A DNA stretch of 63,235 bases, counting the filler. It is 4 parts of 4 records of this genome, joined end to end, with 100 filler letters (N's around TTAATTAATTAA, not from the genome) between each part and the next. Parts side by side here need not be neighbours in the genome. Positions count along the whole stretch, not along the records: positions 5,920 to 36,411 come from SRR31156797_30324; 3 more parts are not named here. The stretch is one strand, 5' to 3'. A program made the position numbers and the translations under genes. Each line of letters starts with the position of its first letter. The first letter of the stretch is position 1. A model generated the notes under the pieces. The model had not been told where the DNA came from and did no database searches. It worked only from the letters and a program-made list of their open reading frames with translations. Shown one piece after another: positions 8,733-18,828 of this stretch.

Positions 8733-11711
8733 CTACCAGTTCAAGGTTTCCTTGAAAGCAGTAGCGAGATCTTCAACCTTGCTGCGGACAATACCGTCGG
8801 AGCCTTCCATGAGGCCGAAGGAATTGCCGCCTACAGTCATACCGATACGCTGGCAGATCTGTCCGGCAAAGAGCTCTTCGAACTTGCCTGCGTTCTCAGG
8901 TGCCACAGTAACCGCAAAACGGGATGCGGACTCACTGTAGAGTACAGACAGGGTGGACATGCCGTACTCAGTAGGTACGGAGCGAAGGTCAACTTCACAA
9001 CCGATACGTCCACCAAGGGACATCTCAGCAAGAGCCACACCCAGACCACCGTCGGAAAGGTCGTGGCAGGAGCTTACCAAACGCTGACGCATTGCCTGGT
9101 TAAGGGTCATGTAGCGGGCTTTGGCGGTAAGTGCTTCAACATGGGGTACTTTGTCATGAACAAAGTTAAGCTGGGAAGCAATCTCAGAACCACCCATTTC
9201 ATCACGGGTCAGACCGAGCACGTAGATGAATTCACCGGGCTTCTTGAAGTCGGAAGTCACGCACATATTAATGTCCGGTACAATACCAACTGCGGAGAAG
9301 AGTACTGTCGGCGGGATGGAGATTTTCACGCCGCCGCCCTTGTAGTCGTTCTTCATGGAGTCCTTACCGGAAATGCAGGGCACTCCGAAAGCACGGCAGA
9401 AGTGAGAAAGGGCCTGGTTGGCACGAACAAGCTGAGCCAGTTTGTAATGACCGTCAGGAGTAGATTCGGACTGGACCGGATCGCACCAGCAGAAGTTATC
9501 GATACCGGCCATGTGGCTAATGTCACCACCGACCGCAACTGCGTTACGAATAGCTTCATCAACGGCGTTAGCCATCATCCAGTAGGTATCGAGATCGGAG
9601 AATTTCGGGCAGATACCGTGGGATACGACCAGACCTTTGTCATCGTCAAAGTCGGGGCGCAGCACACCTGCATCAGCGGGACCGTCTTCCTCTTCACCAA
9701 CCAGAGGCTTGACCACACTGCGGCCCTGTACTTCGTGGTCGTACTGACGGATCACATATTCCTTACTGCAGATGTTCAGACGTCCGAGCATATCTTTGAG
9801 CAGTTCGGAGTGATCTGCAACTTCCGGTTCTCCGGTAAATTCAATTTCAGGACGTTCCCAAACAGCTTTAAGCTGCATCTGGGGCACGCCGTCATGCAGG
9901 AAATCCATGCGCAGGCAAGCAACAGGCTTTTCACCGTAACGGATGTTATAGAGGCCGCTGTCGGTGTAGGTACCAAGCGCGGTAGCTTCAACGTCCATTT
10001 CATCGGCCAGAGCCATGAACTCGTCCAGCTTTTCCGGAGGTACAGCAAGAGTCATACGCTCCTGTGCTTCGGAAACAAGGATTTCCCAAGGCTTGAGACC
10101 GTCATATTTGAGCGGAGCCTTTGCGAGGTCGAGATCACAACCGCCGCTGTCTTCAGCCATTTCACCTACGGAGGAGGACAGACCGCCCGCGCCGTTGTCG
10201 GTGATGGCATTGTACAGGCCCATGTCACGGGCACGCATCAGGCAGTCGTACATCTTACGCTGAGTGATGGGGTCACCGATCTGCACCGCAGTTGCCGGGG
10301 AACCTTCATGCAATTCTTCGGAAGAGAAGGTTGCGCCGTGGATGCCGTCCTTACCGATACGTCCACCGGTCATGACAATGATATCACCTGGCATAGCCTG
10401 CTTTTCGTAGCTCAGGCGACCAGCGGATTCAACAGGCATAGTCCCCACGGTTCCGCAATAAACCAGCGGCTTACCAAGGTAGCGTTCATCAAAAACAATG
10501 GAGCCGTTTACAGTGGGAATACCGGATTTGTTACCGCCGTGCTCAACACCTTCACGCACGCCTTCAAATACGCGGCGAGGATGCAGCAGGCGCGGGGGCA
10601 GTTCACCTTCGTGAAAGGGAGAAGCAAAGCAGAATACGTCAGTGTTACAGAGCAGGTTTGCTCCCAGTCCGGTCCCCATGGGGTCACGGTTAACGCCGAC
10701 AATCCCGGTCAGTGCTCCACCGTAGGGGTCAAGAGCGGAAGGACTGTTGTGAGTCTCCATTTTAACGCAGACATTGAGCTTGTCGTTAAATTTGATAACA
10801 CCTGCGTTATCCTTGAACACTGACAGGCAGAAATCATCATCGCCCTTTTCAGCACGGATTTCTTTGGTAGTGTTCATAATGCAGGTTTTGTAGAGGCTGT
10901 CTACTGTGGAGGAAACTCCGGTTTCCTTATTCTCGTACTCAATCTTGGAGCTGAAAATTTTATGCTTGCAGTGTTCGGACCAGGTCTGAGCTAAAGCTTC
11001 AAGCTCAGCATCGGTAGGCAGGGCAGTAAGTCCCATTTCCTCACGCTGCTTAACCACTTCAGGATCAGCATAGTAATTGCGGATGCAGTGGAATTCCTCA
11101 AGACTCAAAGCCAGAGTGTTTTCACGGCTGAAAGCCATCATCTCGTCATCGGACATAGCAGCGAGATCAATAATCGCAACCTCGTCGCTGGCCTTACCGG
11201 TAACCCGGGCAGCCTTGGCTTCGAAGCCCGGAGACTTGACCCACTCATCTGCGGAACGAATTTCGTAACGCTGGATAAGCTCGTTAGCCAGCAGGTCTTT
11301 AGCAATATGGCTGACCTGCTCCAGACCGAGGTCTTCGGCAAAAAGGTACTGGGTAGAGGTGTAGACTTTTACCGCCTCAACATCAGCAGGTTCGGTAACC
11401 AGAATGACTGATTCTTTAGCGGTGCGGCCTTCGTTATCGGTAACGCCGGGACGGAAGCCCACTTCAAGGTTCCAGGCGAAATCCTTGGCCAGCGGCTCCA
11501 GCGAAGGAGTATGCAGGACCGGATCGTGCAGCACGCCCAGCTCCAGAACCTTTTCGATTTCGTCTTTTTCAAGACCTTCTACAGTATATACCTTGATGGT
11601 CCGGACTTCACCGGCCTCAATACCGAGTTCTTCTTTGATCTTATTGGAAACTTTATGTCCGTGAACATCACGTACATGGTCTTTAAGTGCGACCTCGACA
11701 CGCCAGAGCAT
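8733..11711 (-). CDS. purL: Phosphoribosylformylglycinamidine synthase PurL with fused N-terminal PurS-like region and no glutaminase domain
   Basis: WSEHCKH, KMETHNSPS, DNGAGGL, SEAQERM, HDLSDGGL, SESASR motifs. Confidence 0.95.
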   Translation of the reverse strand: MLWRVEVALKDHVRDVHGHKVSNKIKEELGIEAGEVRTIKVYTVEGLEKDEIEKVLELGVLHDPVLHTPSLEPLAKDFAWNLEVGFRPGVTDNEGRTAKESVILVTEPADVEAVKVYTSTQYLFAEDLGLEQVSHIAKDLLANELIQRYEIRSADEWVKSPGFEAKAARVTGKASDEVAIIDLAAMSDDEMMAFSRENTLALSLEEFHCIRNYYADPEVVKQREEMGLTALPTDAELEALAQTWSEHCKHKIFSSKIEYENKETGVSSTVDSLYKTCIMNTTKEIRAEKGDDDFCLSVFKDNAGVIKFNDKLNVCVKMETHNSPSALDPYGGALTGIVGVNRDPMGTGLGANLLCNTDVFCFASPFHEGELPPRLLHPRRVFEGVREGVEHGGNKSGIPTVNGSIVFDERYLGKPLVYCGTVGTMPVESAGRLSYEKQAMPGDIIVMTGGRIGKDGIHGATFSSEELHEGSPATAVQIGDPITQRKMYDCLMRARDMGLYNAITDNGAGGLSSSVGEMAEDSGGCDLDLAKAPLKYDGLKPWEILVSEAQERMTLAVPPEKLDEFMALADEMDVEATALGTYTDSGLYNIRYGEKPVACLRMDFLHDGVPQMQLKAVWERPEIEFTGEPEVADHSELLKDMLGRLNICSKEYVIRQYDHEVQGRSVVKPLVGEEEDGPADAGVLRPDFDDDKGLVVSHGICPKFSDLDTYWMMANAVDEAIRNAVAVGGDISHMAGIDNFCWCDPVQSESTPDGHYKLAQLVRANQALSHFCRAFGVPCISGKDSMKNDYKGGGVKISIPPTVLFSAVGIVPDINMCVTSDFKKPGEFIYVLGLTRDEMGGSEIASQLNFVHDKVPHVEALTAKARYMTLNQAMRQRLVSSCHDLSDGGLGVALAEMSLGGRIGCEVDLRSVPTEYGMSTLSVLYSESASRFAVTVAPENAGKFEELFAGQICQRIGMTVGGNSFGLMEGSDGIVRSKVEDLATAFKETLNW

Positions 11712-11743
11712 GGCTATCTCCTCTTAATGATTAAAGTCCGGAC

Positions 11744-14227
11744 CTATTTGGCCCAGACAAGTACATTTCCGCCCAAATCCTTGGCTTCATATGTAGCTTT
11801 GTCAGCGCGGTTCAACATGCTGGCGGAAGTATCCCCTTCCTCTAGCACAGTAAGCCCGCCACTGATTGTGACCTTACCAGAAAATTTCTTCTCCACACGG
11901 AGTCTGATCCTGTTACCAATCTTTTCAAGCGCTTCAGCCCGGACCTCAGTGACAATAACCCCGAACTCATCCCCACCGTAACGGCAAGGAAAATCCATTC
12001 CAGAGCGGAGTTCATTGCGCAGGATTTCTCCAACTCCTTTGAGTACTTCATCACCAACCTGATGTCCTTCGGTGTCGTTAACAGCCTTGAAACCATCCAG
12101 ATCAAAGAAAAGCAACCCTACCGGACGTCCGGTCCGTTTGCTGCGGTTAATTTCACGGGCCATCAGGGTATTAAACTGAGTGTGGTTGAAAAGATCGGTC
12201 AGGCCGTCAAATATAGCCTGCCGTTTAAGTTTATCCTCAAGCCTGCGGATAGCTGTCAGATCACGGGCAACAATAAGATTCTTCTCCCCTGATCCAGCCA
12301 GTTTGCTGACAACAAACTCAAATGGCCTTCCGGCCGTATCGGTCCTTTTCAAAAGGACTTCAACCACAGTCTTCTCCCGCTCGAACATATCCGGTCCCCA
12401 GCGACCTGTAAAAGTTTCACTGGGAGTAGCAATATCGAAAATATTACGACCTAAAAATATCTTTGAAAAACGGGAAGACGCATAAGTAATGTTCCCGCGC
12501 ATATCCACTGTAAGCACCACATCACGCATGGAATCAACAAGCCCTTCGAGAAAATCACGCTGCTTGAGCGCCTGAATCTGACTCTCGGACATTTCCCTGA
12601 TGTCTTCCATAACCAGAGAAATCAGGTGCTCATCGCCACGAGTCTGCTTGTAAGCGGAAACGTAAAGACACGCGTCACGGGGCATTCCCCCGGTCCTGAG
12701 ACTTACGCATATAATTTTGCTGAAAGATTTTTTAGCTTCATCATCTATAAATGTCTTCCAGCTGGCCCCCAACTCGGCACCGACACCGAGCTTGAAAAGA
12801 TCATTGAAATTTTTAGTTCCAGAGATTGAAGCCCCTCCAAGCAAACGGACCATCTCCTCATTCATATCAATCAGGTCACCCTGAATATCCAAACTAGCAA
12901 CGCCCAAAGGCAAAGTTTCCAGAGTCTCGGCACGCCCCTCAATAAGGTGCTGCTTGGCACAATAATGCTCGTAAGCCTGACCGATAAACCGGAAATAAAG
13001 TTTAAGATTCTTCCTATCTCCGGAACTGATATTCTTGGAGTTGAATCTAAACCTGCCGAACAGAATCTTCCGGCTGATAATATCTTCCCCATCGCCACGT
13101 TTCTGCCACGGGATTTCATCTACAGCACAATTCTTTGTCACCAATTCAAGACCGCTGCCATCAATACGGTAAAATTTATATTTGTCCGTATGCGGCGACT
13201 TAAGAGCCAGTTCCCAGCTGACAATATCCCAGCTCAATTTGAGATGTCTGCCGATTATCCGGGCAATGGAATCAATCCCACCCTCAGCAGTAAGAAGCTC
13301 CAGACTTAAAAAGTAACTGGACTGCAAACTCTTTATGGAATGGTTATAGAAATTGGTATCCCCGCCATCCTCGGACATACCGAGAATCTTAAGCATAGAT
13401 TGAAATTTGGTACGGCAGACTTCCCTGAAATCCTCAATGGCTTCCTCATCCATATCAAGGGAGCGTTGTAACTGAACCTCAAATTGCAGGACGTTAAATG
13501 GAGCGGAGCTACTGCCCAACTCGAGTTCAGCCCATCTGGTAGCCAGAATCACAGCTTGTGTAGGCAAGTCAAAACTGTCTATATCATCAATGGCATGATG
13601 ATGCTGAAGAGAAGGACATTTGAGAGTGTCCATCTTCCAACGGGTTAACAGCAGCTGGCTGAGAGCACCATGATTCATGCCCCATATTTCATTTTCAGTA
13701 GCAGACTGACCGGGATTTGAACGGGTTACCGTTTTTTTTGAAATTTCATCCGGCAACTCTCCCGGAGCTGCACAACGCAGAAAAAAAAGGGAAATATCTT
13801 TGAGCAGGCAGCAGAGATAGACTTTATCAGCCTGCTCCGGACAGATACGGGTGGCAATAAGCTGAGCTGAAATAGCTCCCCAAACAGTAAGCATCCAGTC
13901 ATTATAGATTTTGTAGCCGTCCAATTCCATATGGTTGCAGATATGCTTTTGATAAGTAACCGTGACTGCCAAATTGAGCAGTTCACGAGTTCCAAGCACA
14001 ACAGCAGCCCTTTTAAAATCTGTAATTTCCTGGGAAAGGCCGTAAAAGGGAGAATTGACGAGATTGAGAATAGTGGTTGATAGAGCAGGATCCATACTGA
14101 TGATTTTGCCCAGCACGGCAAAGTCCGGTTCAGGCTTGCAGGCCTCCTGCATCAACTGAAGCATGACCGGAGGAAAGCTGAGTTTCATCATCAATCGTGG
14201 TGATTCAAGAATATCATCCAGACTCAT
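11744..14227 (-). CDS. HDOD and PAS-like sensor diguanylate cyclase
   Basis: N-terminal HDOD (DPALSTTILNLVNSPFYG); C-terminal DGLT..DLDGFKAVND..GH..GD..RYGGDEF. Confidence 0.9.
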   Translation of the reverse strand: MSLDDILESPRLMMKLSFPPVMLQLMQEACKPEPDFAVLGKIISMDPALSTTILNLVNSPFYGLSQEITDFKRAAVVLGTRELLNLAVTVTYQKHICNHMELDGYKIYNDWMLTVWGAISAQLIATRICPEQADKVYLCCLLKDISLFFLRCAAPGELPDEISKKTVTRSNPGQSATENEIWGMNHGALSQLLLTRWKMDTLKCPSLQHHHAIDDIDSFDLPTQAVILATRWAELELGSSSAPFNVLQFEVQLQRSLDMDEEAIEDFREVCRTKFQSMLKILGMSEDGGDTNFYNHSIKSLQSSYFLSLELLTAEGGIDSIARIIGRHLKLSWDIVSWELALKSPHTDKYKFYRIDGSGLELVTKNCAVDEIPWQKRGDGEDIISRKILFGRFRFNSKNISSGDRKNLKLYFRFIGQAYEHYCAKQHLIEGRAETLETLPLGVASLDIQGDLIDMNEEMVRLLGGASISGTKNFNDLFKLGVGAELGASWKTFIDDEAKKSFSKIICVSLRTGGMPRDACLYVSAYKQTRGDEHLISLVMEDIREMSESQIQALKQRDFLEGLVDSMRDVVLTVDMRGNITYASSRFSKIFLGRNIFDIATPSETFTGRWGPDMFEREKTVVEVLLKRTDTAGRPFEFVVSKLAGSGEKNLIVARDLTAIRRLEDKLKRQAIFDGLTDLFNHTQFNTLMAREINRSKRTGRPVGLLFFDLDGFKAVNDTEGHQVGDEVLKGVGEILRNELRSGMDFPCRYGGDEFGVIVTEVRAEALEKIGNRIRLRVEKKFSGKVTISGGLTVLEEGDTSASMLNRADKATYEAKDLGGNVLVWAK

Positions 14228-14255
14228 AGCTACAGCTCCTCTCCTTTAGTCTCAC

Positions 14256-15224
14256 CTATTTTTTCCGGGTCAACACGAAATCAGCGGACTGTTTGAGCAC
14301 CTGCTTTTCCTCACCTTCAGGAAGCAGGTCTAAACATGACTTGGCTTTTTCCACATATTCCGCAGCGTAGGTTCTGGTTCTGGTTCCCAGTCCGTGTTTC
14401 CTGATTTCGGCAAGCACACGGTCGCGCTTTTCATCCGGCAGGGTACGATTTTTAATTTCAGCAAGCAGCAACTCTGCTTCTTTTTCTTGTAGCATTTCAA
14501 GATAAAGAATCAAAGGTAAAGTAATTTTACCTTCCTTGAGGTCACCGCCTTCAGGCTTGCCAGTATCGTCAGATGGCGATTCATAATCAAGTGCGTCGTC
14601 AACAAGCTGAAAAGCAATGCCCATATTCAGGCCAAAGTTACCAACCGCATCTTCCATCGCGCGGTCATCGGAAGCCAAGATAGCACCAAGACGACAGGAA
14701 GTTTCAATCAAGCGGGCAGTCTTACCGATGATGATGTCCATGTAGGTATCACGATCCATCAGCGGCTCAGAAATGTGCGCAATTTCAAGAATCTCGCCTT
14801 CAACAGTTGCCATAATGCCGGAGGCAAGCACGGAACTGATCCGGGGCTTACCGTAATCAGCACCTATCTTATTGGCCAAAGCCAGCAAGACATCCCCGGC
14901 AAGAATAGTTTCGGTAGTACCGAAAACCAGATGGGAAGCTTCTACGCCACGGCGCAGATCAGCATCATCTAAAATATCGTCATGGAGGAGGGTCGCGGCA
15001 TGGAGGAGTTCCAATGAACCGGCCAGAGGATATATATCATCTTTCCCATAGCCCAGTCCCCGGGCAGAAAGAATTGTCAGCACCGGGCGAATCCTCTTTC
15101 CCGGAGCAAGCAGCACGTGTCTGGCTACATCCTTTACCAGCCCCTCAAGCTTAGCGGTTTCCTCATCGAGAAAACCGTTGATAAGAGGCAGTTCCTTTTT
15201 AAAGTAGGTTAATAACTCAATCAT
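14256..15224 (-). CDS. Polyprenyl diphosphate synthase (IspB/HepT-like)
   Basis: GKRIRP, LLHDDILD, RRG, KTA, FQLVDD motifs. Confidence 0.92.
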   Translation of the reverse strand: MIELLTYFKKELPLINGFLDEETAKLEGLVKDVARHVLLAPGKRIRPVLTILSARGLGYGKDDIYPLAGSLELLHAATLLHDDILDDADLRRGVEASHLVFGTTETILAGDVLLALANKIGADYGKPRISSVLASGIMATVEGEILEIAHISEPLMDRDTYMDIIIGKTARLIETSCRLGAILASDDRAMEDAVGNFGLNMGIAFQLVDDALDYESPSDDTGKPEGGDLKEGKITLPLILYLEMLQEKEAELLLAEIKNRTLPDEKRDRVLAEIRKHGLGTRTRTYAAEYVEKAKSCLDLLPEGEEKQVLKQSADFVLTRKK

Positions 15225-15275
15225 CCGCGTATGAATTACCCCGGTTGCGAAAGAACAAGAACAGTTTCTGGGAAA

Positions 15276-15983
15276 TCACCTGACCAAAGCTGAGCAGACC
15301 CGCCCCAGCTCGGCAAGGGCACCGCGCAAATCCCAATCGTTACTATTTCTTGATCCTACAAGGTTCGAAACAGTCCGCACCTGACATAGCCCCACCCCGA
15401 CAAGGGCGCACACATACGCAGCCGCAAAACCTTCCATATTTTCTAAATCCGCTCCATACTCTTTTGTATATGCAGCGGCCCCCTCAGCCGTAGCGGTCAC
15501 CCCGCTCACGGTCAAAGACACAGCTTCGGGCAGTTTTTCAAATCGGTCAAGTCCTGATTCAAAAAGACTTTTTCCAGAACAAAGTTCGACTTCATTCCAG
15601 ATTGACTGACCGTCAATCTCCGCAAGGCTGAATCCCAGTCCTTTCGGATCGACATGGTCACCCTTTTTCAGCCCGTATTCGGGCCAAATTTCCTTTCTTA
15701 CCACACAGGCGGAACAAAGGGGAAATCTGTCAGCATTGAATGTTCCGGCAATTCCGGCCAGCACAACCACACCCACATCATTTCCGGCCAATGCCCGCCC
15801 GAGGGCGAAAGATATATTTATTACCCCAATTCCGGTTACCAGCAACAACCCGGGACGATTGCCGAACATGAACTCCACAGGCCTGCCCTGGTCCAGCCGG
15901 GGCAGCTTGCAGACTCCGCCCAGTGCAGCCTTCATTTCCTTGGCTGTTGCCGTTGCAAAAAGAATCGGTTTCATCAACTTCAA
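15276..15983 (-). CDS. mqnB: Futalosine hydrolase
   Basis: PNP-family fold with TGIG, AGIAG, ENMEG, RTVSN.VG.R...W motifs; quinone-biosynthesis neighbours. Confidence 0.85.
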   Translation of the reverse strand: MKLMKPILFATATAKEMKAALGGVCKLPRLDQGRPVEFMFGNRPGLLLVTGIGVINISFALGRALAGNDVGVVVLAGIAGTFNADRFPLCSACVVRKEIWPEYGLKKGDHVDPKGLGFSLAEIDGQSIWNEVELCSGKSLFESGLDRFEKLPEAVSLTVSGVTATAEGAAAYTKEYGADLENMEGFAAAYVCALVGVGLCQVRTVSNLVGSRNSNDWDLRGALAELGRVCSALVR

Positions 15984-15988
15984 GGGGA

Positions 15989-17299
15989 CTAAAGTCTCCA
16001 GTGCCTGATGCCGGCTTCTTCAAGTTCCTTGCGGTCATAGAAGCACTTAACATCGATGATCAGAGCATTTTCAGGATTTCTGAACCAGCTCTTGATAGTT
16101 TCAAGGCCAAGGTCGCGATATTTATCGTGGGAAACAGCTAGAACAACTGCTTCAAGATCCTTGAACTCATCAAAAGAAGAAGTCGTGATGTTGTATTCCT
16201 CAACAGCTTCTTCAGGATCAGCATAAGCATCGTGAATAAGCACGTCCACGCCGAAAGATTCCAGTTCGTCCACTACGTCAACAACCTTAGTGTTACGCAG
16301 ATCGGGAACATTCTCCTTAAAGGTCAGGCCGAGAATACCGACTTTGGCTCCCTTAACCTTACTGTCGCCGTTGATCATCTGCTTGATGGTAGTGTCGGCG
16401 ATAAATTTACCCACGGAGTCGTTGATCTTGCGGCCCGCAAGGATCACCTGCGGATGATGGCCGATTTCTTCAGCCTTGGTAGTCAGGTAGTAAGGGTCGA
16501 CACCGATGCAGTGCCCACCGACCAGACCGGGACGGAAAGGCAGGAAGTTCCACTTGGTTCCTGCTGCTTCCAAAACATCGAGGGTATCAATGCCCATTTT
16601 ATCAAAAATCATGGAAAGTTCGTTCATGAGCGCGATGTTCAGGTCACGCTGTGTGTTCTCAATAACCTTGGCGGCCTCGGCAACCTTGATGCAGGATGCA
16701 CGATGAGTTCCGGCGGTAATAATGGAAGAGTAAAGTTTATCCAGCAGTTCAGCCACTTCAGCGTCATTACCGGCAACGACCTTGACAATGGTCTGCAGAG
16801 TGTGCTCGCGATCACCGGGGTTGATACGCTCGGGAGAGTAGCCTACGCCAAAATCCTTGCCGTATTTGAGGCCGGATCTCTCTTCAAGGATGGGAACGCA
16901 GATATCTTCAGTAAGTCCGGGGTAAACAGTGGATTCGTATACGACAACTGAACCGGCAGACATATTCTCACCGACCATAGTGGAAGAACTGACAACAGGC
17001 TTCAGGTCGGGGTTGCGGGCTTCATCAATGGGAGTAGGCACAGCAACAATGATTATGCCGCAATCTTTGAGCAGGGATGCGTCAGTGCTGAATTCAACAT
17101 AGTTGTGGAAATCATTTTCCAGCACTTCAGCGGTACGGTCATACCCTTCGCGCAATTCTTTTACACGCTGTTCAGAAATATCAAGCCCCAGCACCTTGAA
17201 TTTACGGCCAAGAGCAACTGCGAGAGGCAGGCCGACGTAACCAAGGCCGACCACCGCAATAGTAGTTTTCTTTTCTTCAATGTCAGAGAATTTAATCAT
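15989..17299 (-). CDS. UDP-N-acetylhexosamine 6-dehydrogenase (TviB/WbpO-like nucleotide sugar dehydrogenase)
   Basis: GLGYVG, ESTVYPG, YSPERINPG, GGHCIGVDP, TFKENVPDLRN. Confidence 0.9.
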   Translation of the reverse strand: MIKFSDIEEKKTTIAVVGLGYVGLPLAVALGRKFKVLGLDISEQRVKELREGYDRTAEVLENDFHNYVEFSTDASLLKDCGIIIVAVPTPIDEARNPDLKPVVSSSTMVGENMSAGSVVVYESTVYPGLTEDICVPILEERSGLKYGKDFGVGYSPERINPGDREHTLQTIVKVVAGNDAEVAELLDKLYSSIITAGTHRASCIKVAEAAKVIENTQRDLNIALMNELSMIFDKMGIDTLDVLEAAGTKWNFLPFRPGLVGGHCIGVDPYYLTTKAEEIGHHPQVILAGRKINDSVGKFIADTTIKQMINGDSKVKGAKVGILGLTFKENVPDLRNTKVVDVVDELESFGVDVLIHDAYADPEEAVEEYNITTSSFDEFKDLEAVVLAVSHDKYRDLGLETIKSWFRNPENALIIDVKCFYDRKELEEAGIRHWRL

Positions 17300-17440
17300 A
17301 ACTCATTATCCTTTATTGCTTAGATAACAAAATAAGCCTTTAAAACACTTACATAATAATTCCGGCCTGAAAATTTAATACACGAACTCTGTTTCGTAAG
17401 GGTAGACATAATTAACCAGCGCATATACATAACTACCATT

Positions 17441-17650
17441 ATGCATATCGATTGGTCCTTTCTTCTGTCCGCCCTTGGTCTGGCCTTCATTATTGAAGGG
17501 ATTCCCTATTTTGTCTTTTCTGAGCGCATGCCCAGAATCCTTATTTCAATTATTGAGAGAGGACCGAGGCAGTTACGCATCCTCGGATTAATTGCCATGA
17601 TATTCGGCTTACTACTCATCTCTTTCGGTCAGTCACTGACCGATTTATAG
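17441..17650 (+). CDS. DUF2065-family small membrane protein
   Basis: ALGLAFIIEGIPYF..LRILG pattern. Confidence 0.75.
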   Translation: MHIDWSFLLSALGLAFIIEGIPYFVFSERMPRILISIIERGPRQLRILGLIAMIFGLLLISFGQSLTDL

Positions 17651-17652
17651 CG

Positions 17653-18384
17653 CTACTCTTCAGTTTTTTCCGCCACGTGTATGTAAACAATCCCTGAAAG
17701 CAAAGGGATAAACATCACACGTCCAAAACCTGCTTCACGCAATTCCTCAGCAAGAGCCCGCTCATCCGGGAAAGCCCGGATAGTATCCGCCAGATAGGAA
17801 TAAGCTCCGGAATCACCGGAAACTACCTTACCCAGCAGAGGCAGCACCTTGTTGAGGTAAAAATTATAAACACCCTTCCAGATTTTCTTGCTTCCGGAAC
17901 CGAATTCCAAAATGCAGAACCTAGCTCCGGGCTTGAGGGTACGCAAAACTTCTTTGTAGCAATCCTCGCGGGGAAGAATGTTTCTGATGCCAAAAGAAAT
18001 TGTGGCCCCGTCCAGGCAACAATCCGGTAAAGGCAGAACTCTTCCGTCAGCCTGAACAGCAGCAATACTCTCACTGCGTCTGACGTGTTTGCCTTCCAGT
18101 TTTTTTGCCTTACCGCAAGCAAGCATCTGGTGGGTAAAGTCCATGCCCAGAACTTTCACATCCGGATACTGGCGCAAAAGTTCCACAGAGACATCGAGGG
18201 TACCGGCAGCCAAATCAAGCACCAGCCCATCTTTGCCGGGACGGACCAGTTTGACCTGACGGTAGCGCCAGTAAATATCCTGCCCGGCACTTAAAAAATG
18301 GTTCAGAAAATCATACCATCCGGCAATTCTTCCGAACATATCCCGAACTTTTTTACCGTGCTCCTGATGGGATACTTGCGCCAT
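17653..18384 (-). CDS. ubiE: Menaquinone biosynthesis methyltransferase (UbiE/MenG)
   Basis: MFGRIA..YD..NH.LS.GQD..WR, LDLAAGT, SFGIRN, AYSYL..TI..FP. Confidence 0.92.
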   Translation of the reverse strand: MAQVSHQEHGKKVRDMFGRIAGWYDFLNHFLSAGQDIYWRYRQVKLVRPGKDGLVLDLAAGTLDVSVELLRQYPDVKVLGMDFTHQMLACGKAKKLEGKHVRRSESIAAVQADGRVLPLPDCCLDGATISFGIRNILPREDCYKEVLRTLKPGARFCILEFGSGSKKIWKGVYNFYLNKVLPLLGKVVSGDSGAYSYLADTIRAFPDERALAEELREAGFGRVMFIPLLSGIVYIHVAEKTEE

Positions 18385-18582
18385 CTATCGAGCATCTCCC
18401 TTGCCGTCCACATGATGCTTTTCGGCAAGCTTGTTTTCCTGCTCCACAACGGACGCCACAACGTCAGCGTGGATAGCATTGAAATGCTCAGAAAAATTGG
18501 AGGGGGAAATTCTTCCGACCTCAATAAATTTTACTACGATTTCCTTAGCGACCTGCAAAGCCTGCTTCTGAATCTTATCCAT
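18385..18582 (-). CDS. Small hypothetical protein
   Basis: AAGGA RBS; KEIVVKFIEVGRISP; stop abuts the ubiE start. Confidence 0.75.
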   Translation of the reverse strand: MDKIQKQALQVAKEIVVKFIEVGRISPSNFSEHFNAIHADVVASVVEQENKLAEKHHVDGKGDAR

Positions 18583-18600
18583 GGTGTATATCCTTAATTG

Positions 18601-18760
18601 GGCTTGAAAAACCCCGCCCGGTGGGAAATGGCCACGACCTCCACAGGTAGGGCGCCGGGCGGGTAAAAAGAAGAAAACCTGTTAAGCACCCTTCTTTTGT
18701 GAGGCTCTTTAGCATGAGACCTCCAAATAGTCGACCCGCTAGGCGGCTGATTTTTTGAGT
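18601..18760 (-). ncRNA. Candidate structured RNA or leader of unknown family
   Basis: Four consecutive hairpins, the last CCCGCCCGG...CCGGGCGGG followed by G and T5. Confidence 0.3.
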
Positions 18761-18769
18761 ATCTAAACT

Positions 18770-18807
18770 AAATCGGTCCGGCAGACATGTGTCTGCCGGA
18801 CCGATTT
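18770..18807. terminator. Perfect 18-bp inverted repeat, terminator of the acidic protein gene
   Basis: AAATCGGTCCGGCAGACA-TG-TGTCTGCCGGACCGATTT. Confidence 0.8.
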
Positions 18808-18828
18808 TAAAAACATTATTTTAAAATG

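Noticed and set aside
9063-10823. 586-aa plus-strand ORF
   Set aside because: Antisense shadow of purL
8733-11711. PurL of intermediate size lacking the glutaminase domain
   Set aside because: The PurS-fused, PurQ-separate form is known in deltaproteobacteria
18575-18715. 46-codon minus-strand ORF (MLKSLTKEG...) with a GGAGG RBS
   Set aside because: Runs through GC hairpins, has no protein-like features and is out of frame with the next gene; treated as RNA structure instead
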